The notes beneath the pieces are model-generated. The model did not search any database. It was given only the letters and a program-made list of their open reading frames with translations, and had not been told where the DNA came from. DNA of 64,000 bases, taken from assembly GCA_048884785.1 (NCBI GenBank), contig JBHLQM010000002.1:71672-135671 (forward strand). The letters run 5' to 3'. A program made the position numbers and the translations under genes. Source of the stretch: Candidatus Thorarchaeota archaeon. GTDB lineage: Archaea; Asgardarchaeota; Thorarchaeia; Thorarchaeales; Thorarchaeaceae. The first letter of the stretch is position 1; each line of letters opens with the position of its first letter. Shown piece after piece: positions 58,875-64,000 of this stretch.

Positions 58875-60164
58875 ATCGTCGATAATCTGAACCTTGAAAT
58901 TGTAGATGGCGGGGATCTACGCGGGTACGCCACACTAAATCCCAAAACCGCAGATGCTCTTAAAGCTGAGATTGGATCCATTGTAATTTTTGAAGACCCT
59001 GAGAGTAGTTTTTGGGGAGCTGCTGAGATACGGAAGAGCAATGATGTTCCTGAAGGCCAAATTTTTGTGGACACATTGGTACTTGAAGCATCACTCCTTA
59101 TGGAGGGCGATAGCGTTGAGGTTTCATTATATGAGCGAGACATGATAGCACTAGACTATGTTGAATTTGGATTGAAACCCCTTTCTGAGGATGCGAACAC
59201 CGAGGATTTAGTCACGAGGGCTGCCGAGAAAGTTGAATCGTTGGAGGATCTCATTGGAGGCCGTTTGGTCTATCCGGGCATGTCTTTCAATTGGCCAGAC
59301 TTAGATGTTAAGGTTGAGATTATGAACACTCGTCCTGGCTTAACAGGCAAGAGTTTCGCAAAACTTGCTTTCGAAGCCCTGAAAGAGAGAACCGGATATC
59401 AATTTAAAACAATAGGCATTGCCACACCATTCAATGCCATCCTCTGTATTGATACAAGCGGGTCAATGAAGACAAATGATGTTCCCGTACAGGACATAGC
59501 CCATGCAAGGGAAGGTCTCAAGGATTTGGCAGGAGATAATCCTGAGGTTCAAGCATTTCTGGATAGATTCGAAGAAGGAAGAACAGTAAGTAGAGCTGAG
59601 GCGGCGGCTATGGCAGTTTTGCTGTATCTGGCTGAGAAAGTTGGCCGAGGCTATGGTGAAAAAGTAGGCGTCATTACATTTGAAAAAGAAGTCGCTGAAA
59701 TGACATTTCTCAATGCCGATACAGGTGAAGTACAACCATTTGTGGAGTGTACGGGACGTGAGAAAGCACTGGGTTTGCAGATCATAAGCACTCATGTAGT
59801 AGACAAGGTTGAGGAAGGCGGGACTTTGACAAACATGGGTAATGCATTGGCAAAGGCTGCAGATGTCCTTAGCGCCATGGGTGATCCAACCAAGCCTACT
59901 ATGTTCATTCTTCTAACTGACGGTATGACAACAGCTGGTCCACCACCCCTAAAAGTCATGAAAGACCGTTTTCCTGATAGAAGCAGCTTTGTAATGTATT
60001 GTATTGGATTGGGAGAACGAAGCGAATTGGACGAGGAATTGATGCTTGCTCTCTCACAATACGGCAATGGTACCTATCGACATGTCGACAATATGAGAGA
60101 TTTGCTGGAATGGTATGGCCGCTTAGCTAGTGAGTTTGCCATTGTAATTCGTGGAGCAGAGTAG
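58875..60164 (+). CDS. CDC48/NSF-N-like two-lobe domain + vWA with intact MIDAS (DEPDC5/Iml1 NTD-SABA-like); probable ATC start
   Basis: Frame is open from 58863 and encodes RGYATLNPKTADALKAEIGSIV...WGAAEI...GQIFVD upstream of the tracked GTG 59067. MIDAS DTSGS / T / LTDG; AGGAGG at 58861-58866. Confidence 0.8.
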   Translation: MVDNLNLEIVDGGDLRGYATLNPKTADALKAEIGSIVIFEDPESSFWGAAEIRKSNDVPEGQIFVDTLVLEASLLMEGDSVEVSLYERDMIALDYVEFGLKPLSEDANTEDLVTRAAEKVESLEDLIGGRLVYPGMSFNWPDLDVKVEIMNTRPGLTGKSFAKLAFEALKERTGYQFKTIGIATPFNAILCIDTSGSMKTNDVPVQDIAHAREGLKDLAGDNPEVQAFLDRFEEGRTVSRAEAAAMAVLLYLAEKVGRGYGEKVGVITFEKEVAEMTFLNADTGEVQPFVECTGREKALGLQIISTHVVDKVEEGGTLTNMGNALAKAADVLSAMGDPTKPTMFILLTDGMTTAGPPPLKVMKDRFPDRSSFVMYCIGLGERSELDEELMLALSQYGNGTYRHVDNMRDLLEWYGRLASEFAIVIRGAE

Positions 60165-60165
60165 T

Positions 60166-61359
60166 TCATCTAGGTTCCAATGCATCTGCAAGATCTTTCA
60201 ATGAGTCGATATCCATCTCTTGAATCTGGTCTTCAGGGATACCCGCCAACATCTCCTCTGGGATATTCGAGAGTATCTTCGCCTTTTCTTCCCCATACTT
60301 CTCAATCAAGGCTGAGATTCTCACATCGTCTTCGGATTCTTTCGTCTTCTTCGGCTTCTCTTTCTTAGGGGCTTCTTTTTCGGGAACGCTCACTCCCTCA
60401 TCAACAGGAGCCATAGGAGCAATCTCTGAACTTGATGCCACGACAGCTTCAAGTTCTTCTATTGAGAGACCTTCCAGAACATCTTCGGGGAGCGATGCCT
60501 TTACTTCCTCAGGGATTTGCTCAAGTAGATCCTCTTTGGATGGTCCGGTCCTCTTCTTAACTTTCTTTACCTTGGTGACCTTTACCGTCTTTTTCTTGAG
60601 CTCCTTATCCTTTTTGCTAGGAGCCGCAGCAAGTAGTGAATTCACCAGTTCTCTTGCTGTATTTGGCGTTAGTCGTCTCAGGTCCTCCTCAGGAAGTGTT
60701 TCTCTGATTTCATCGGGGAGTTCGGAAAGGATTTCTTCTACCTCAGGGGAAATCCCAGTTGGTTTAGAAAGGATTGGTGATTCCATTTCAGCGCCTTCCA
60801 AGATAATTGGTCCTGACTCCATTGCCTCTATTATAGAAGTGTCAATCTCAACCTCGTAATTCTGCTTTCTCCATTTCATGAAGCGATCAATTTGCTTTGG
60901 CCTTACTTTGATATCGAGAAGGAAACTGCGAATTTGCTCTTCATCCATCTCTGGAAAATCAGCAAGAATTTTGTCAACACTGTCTTTTGATAATCGTGCC
61001 CAAATGGGTCCTGCTATTAGTTTTGAAAGTCCATTGGCACAGTGGGATCGCACCCAAGTACTTGGATCCTTCAATCCCTCAACCAAAGTCGGGATTGTAG
61101 ACGGTTGTTGGTACCAAGCCAGAACTTCAGCTGCAGCTATTCTGACTTCTTCCTCATCATCCTTTAATGCTTGTACAACATCCTTGACAATTGTTGGATC
61201 TGCAAGCTCGAGCGTTGCAATCAAAGCTCTTTGTCTAACGATGTCCGAAGTGTCTGATATTGCCTTCACAAGTGCTTGTCTAACGGCCGAATTACTACGC
61301 GCGCGAACCCCTACTTCCTCGGTTAGGAAATCTAGCAGCATTCTCCTAGTTTCAGACAT
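60166..61359 (-). CDS. HEAT/PBS-lyase repeat protein with three acidic L/IPEE helical repeats
   Basis: DIVRQRAL, EEVRIAAAEVL, TWVRSHCANGL repeats; C-terminal LPDEI/IPEEV/IPEEM units. ATG 61359 follows GGAGAGG. Confidence 0.82.
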   Translation of the reverse strand: MSETRRMLLDFLTEEVGVRARSNSAVRQALVKAISDTSDIVRQRALIATLELADPTIVKDVVQALKDDEEEVRIAAAEVLAWYQQPSTIPTLVEGLKDPSTWVRSHCANGLSKLIAGPIWARLSKDSVDKILADFPEMDEEQIRSFLLDIKVRPKQIDRFMKWRKQNYEVEIDTSIIEAMESGPIILEGAEMESPILSKPTGISPEVEEILSELPDEIRETLPEEDLRRLTPNTARELVNSLLAAAPSKKDKELKKKTVKVTKVKKVKKRTGPSKEDLLEQIPEEVKASLPEDVLEGLSIEELEAVVASSSEIAPMAPVDEGVSVPEKEAPKKEKPKKTKESEDDVRISALIEKYGEEKAKILSNIPEEMLAGIPEDQIQEMDIDSLKDLADALEPR

Positions 61360-61606
61360 AGATTGCCTCTCCACACGTATAGACATATTATGATGAGGGT
61401 TTAATGCTCGTTTTGATTCTATCACTTAAATGAGTTGGCTCTATGTATTGTTTTCACTTCTTGAAAAACAATGTGACAGCAACACATAGTCACCTCTCAT
61501 GACAAATGCAATCACCAAAATAATCTATTCCTAGATAATAGCTTCTGGTGTCTACCCATCGTACAAGATTTAACGGGGATTGATTGTTCACGACTGGGTT
61601 GACAAT

Positions 61607-62422
61607 ATGACAACACAGAGCGATCTCAGAACATTGCGTGTATTACTCTTTACAGGAATTATGTTTCTCCTTGTTCTAATGTCCCCACTTTTAACTGCAC
61701 CCTTTGCAGGAACTGAGATGTATGGTCTTGTTGGAACTGCATTGTTCTTTCTGAATTTCGGATTAATCTATATCATAGTTCTGGTGTTTTTGCGATTAGA
61801 AGGCAGGCCATCCCTAAGTGAAGTTGGATTTGAAATCGAGGATAGTAGAATGATCCCCCATTTAGCGATAGGAGCTGTCGCAGGGACACTCGCTGCTGGA
61901 CTAGTTGTTCTCATCGCAATGGTTTTTGGAGGGAATCTTAGACCAATTGATCAAGTCACAGTAGACCTTATTGTTGGCGAAATTGTAATAACTGCTCCAA
62001 CTGCTATCTTTGAAGAGATTGCCTATCGTGGATATATGATGCCACGAATGGTTGATATCTGGGGCAAGGGGTCTGGTATTTTAATTGGCTCTCTATTCTT
62101 CTCATTGTTTCACTTCGGATGGTGGGTGCCGCTTGGCTCTGTACCATTGGTGCCGGTATTAATATTCATCCTTAATTTGACCATTGGGGGCATACTTCTA
62201 TCATTGTCATACTATTGGTCAGACAAGAGACTGTGGGTTCCCATTGGATTTCATTTCATGTGGAACATGCTTGCGTACATCCTGTTCCCTGTATATCCTC
62301 GCGAAACTGTTGTTTTGCCTGAGATATTCCAGATAGAATGGGGTGTTACTACAATTGTAGGATTCTTATTCGGACTAAGCATAATCTGGATGTTAATCAC
62401 ACAATATGGAAGAAAAAGGTAG
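61607..62422 (+). CDS. CPBP (type II CAAX/Abi) intramembrane metalloprotease
   Basis: EEIAYRG, FSLFH, HFMWN; multi-pass. Confidence 0.9.
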   Translation: MTTQSDLRTLRVLLFTGIMFLLVLMSPLLTAPFAGTEMYGLVGTALFFLNFGLIYIIVLVFLRLEGRPSLSEVGFEIEDSRMIPHLAIGAVAGTLAAGLVVLIAMVFGGNLRPIDQVTVDLIVGEIVITAPTAIFEEIAYRGYMMPRMVDIWGKGSGILIGSLFFSLFHFGWWVPLGSVPLVPVLIFILNLTIGGILLSLSYYWSDKRLWVPIGFHFMWNMLAYILFPVYPRETVVLPEIFQIEWGVTTIVGFLFGLSIIWMLITQYGRKR

Positions 62423-62424
62423 AA

Positions 62425-62445
62425 TGGGTTGGAATCACCAACCCA
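62425..62445. terminator. Hairpin between convergent genes
   Basis: TGGGTTGG-AATCA-CCAACCCA. Confidence 0.6.
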
Positions 62446-62463
62446 ATCTTATAGGCATAGCAA

Positions 62464-63165
62464 CTATTGATCGGATGCGATTTCGCTTCCTATTCCTTTT
62501 GTGACAACCATCGTCATGCCACTCAAGCCAAGAACATTCACGGTTTCGCCCTCGTAGATTGGTGGACCTGTTGTTTTTGCCCACCATATCTCAGCTCCAG
62601 ATTTGACCTTTCCCTTTGGATTGATGTCAGTTATCGCAACAATATTCCTCATCTTGGCATATTCGTACTGTGGCCATTTATCATAGTCCCTCAGAAATAC
62701 AATGTACAAGCCCATCAGGCTCAGGATTGTGCCAACCATGATGTATACAGGCATGTGTCCTGTGGGGTCAATGAACCATGCCACGAATATCGCAACTCCA
62801 TATATTGGGAACAGCTTGAGCGATAGCTTTGCGTCAATGATACCCCCCTCTATTCCAGTTGCTCCTCCCGTGAAAACAGAAAATAGAATGTAAAGGAAAG
62901 CACCTGCTATGAATATCATAATCGGGTCGAACACAAACGCTGCTCCAACATAGATCAGTTGGAAGACAAAAAGGACGATGACTATCGGAATAGTCACTTG
63001 CGCCATTGCCTTTCCTGTTGCAGGTTCTACTGTCAATACCATGAGTGTGAGTATAATCCCGACTAGGATGAGCCCATAAAAGGGATTCAATACTACAATA
63101 CCAATAACCATGCTCAACGCTGACATGAGTATCATGACGACGAGGATCTTTATCCAGGCGTCCAT
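62464..63165 (-). CDS. NfeD-like membrane protein (C-terminal OB-fold)
   Basis: TM region, then GKVKSGAEIWWA...IYEGETVNVLGLSGMTMVV; downstream of stomatin. Confidence 0.85.
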   Translation of the reverse strand: MDAWIKILVVMILMSALSMVIGIVVLNPFYGLILVGIILTLMVLTVEPATGKAMAQVTIPIVIVLFVFQLIYVGAAFVFDPIMIFIAGAFLYILFSVFTGGATGIEGGIIDAKLSLKLFPIYGVAIFVAWFIDPTGHMPVYIMVGTILSLMGLYIVFLRDYDKWPQYEYAKMRNIVAITDINPKGKVKSGAEIWWAKTTGPPIYEGETVNVLGLSGMTMVVTKGIGSEIASDQ

Positions 63166-63201
63166 TCTTTCAACTCCTTAGATTCTATTGAACGGTGAGA
63201 T

Positions 63202-64000
63202 TTACTTCTCCTCATCCGTTCCCTTGTTTCTGGGAATCTTCATACCACCAGTTCCTGCCGTTATGGCTGCTGCCATTCCAGCTGACATACCAACCTCAGG
63301 AATGTTCGTAGGTACCATGATGATTAGATTGGCGTTCTTGCTAATCTCCTGCATGATGTTCCAGGTACGTAGTGTCATACCTGAGGGAGAACGCTCATAG
63401 GTCTGTGCCGCTTTTAGCATGGCCTCTGAAGCCTCAAGCTCAGCTTGTGCAAGAGTGATTCTCGCACGCCTCTCTCTTTCCGCTTGTGCTTCTCTGCTCA
63501 TTGCATCTTGCAGCTGGGTTGGGATAACCACGTCTCGTATCTCAACGGCTGTTACTTTCACACCCCAGTGTTCAGTCTTCTCATCAATCAGCTCCTGCAA
63601 ATGAGCAGCAATTCTATCTCTGTCGGACAGCAATTCATCCAGAGTCACTTTACCAGTGGTTTCTCTGAGTGTTGTCTGAGCTGCTAGCTCCACTGCAACA
63701 GTGTATCTCTCAACGCTGAGGATTGCCTTTTCAACATCAATCACTCTGAAATACATCACAGCATCAACAACCACAGGTACATTATCCTTTGTGAGAGACC
63801 TCTCAGTTTTGAAAGCGTATGTGAGTAATCTTAGAGATACTCTCATGGCAACCTTATCAAGGAAAGGAGTCACCCATATGATTCCTGGTCCGCGAATGTG
63901 CTTGAATTTACCAAGCCTAAGAATGGCCACTCGCTCCCATTCCTTCAAAATCTTGATACCACTAGCTATGAACATCAAGGCGAAGAATGCGAGGACTATC
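63202..64000 (-). CDS. Stomatin/SPFH (slipin) protein, N-terminus beyond window edge
   Basis: EWERVAILRLG, LTKDNV, AQTTLR, WGVKVTAVEIRD, AERERRA; frame stays open (IVLAFFAL) to the window end. Confidence 0.93.
   Translation of the reverse strand, partial: IVLAFFALMFIASGIKILKEWERVAILRLGKFKHIRGPGIIWVTPFLDKVAMRVSLRLLTYAFKTERSLTKDNVPVVVDAVMYFRVIDVEKAILSVERYTVAVELAAQTTLRETTGKVTLDELLSDRDRIAAHLQELIDEKTEHWGVKVTAVEIRDVVIPTQLQDAMSREAQAERERRARITLAQAELEASEAMLKAAQTYERSPSGMTLRTWNIMQEISKNANLIIMVPTNIPEVGMSAGMAAAITAGTGGMKIPRNKGTDEEK

Noticed and set aside
59067-60164. Tracked 365-aa start at GTG 59067
   Set aside because: Cuts the barrel domain in half; homology to paralogs and an RBS extend about 64 codons upstream.
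51912-60164. Calling the CDC48-N-like genes cdc48/VAT or Sec23/24
   Set aside because: No Walker A/B AAA module, and no Sec23/24 zinc finger or gelsolin-like parts visible.
1-64000. CRISPR arrays, tRNA/rRNA, transposases, integrases, prophage or defence islands
   Set aside because: No regularly spaced repeats, cloverleaf/rRNA signatures or mobile-element motifs seen by eye; intergenic gaps are short. tRNAscan/Infernal were not run.

Overview
Gene-dense archaeal chromosome segment, most likely an Asgard archaeon (Thorarchaeia-like). This assignment is inferred from gene content: a longin-wHTH protein, an E2F/DP-type winged helix, a degenerate small-GTPase fragment, PAC2, PDCD5, archaeal thiolase/DUF35 and GGTGA/GGAGG ribosome-binding sites. 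I recognised no rRNA, tRNA, CRISPR array or mobile element. About 1-37 kb is mostly metabolic: ADP-forming acyl-CoA synthetase, beta-oxidation genes with an SCP2 protein, and an FGGY kinase-glpABC-AGPS-like flavoprotein-Fe/S-radical SAM operon. About 37-64 kb is rich in eukaryote-like and unknown proteins. The main candidate novel system lies at about 50.7-61.4 kb. It has three paralogous 'CDC48/NSF-N-like two-lobe domain + vWA' modules, an architecture matching the N-terminal NTD+SABA half of DEPDC5/Iml1 (GATOR1). One module has an intact MIDAS and apparently starts at a non-canonical ATC codon. It is encoded next to an active-looking amidohydrolase, and a divergently transcribed 874-aa gene is a fused, catalytically dead copy of both. 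Nearby are an E2F/DP-like factor, an arginine-synthetase-like gene, a HEAT protein with UBM-like repeats and an NPRL2-like longin-wHTH gene. All family calls come from motif recognition by eye. Comparisons with eukaryotic sequences are from memory and need HHpred/Foldseek confirmation.
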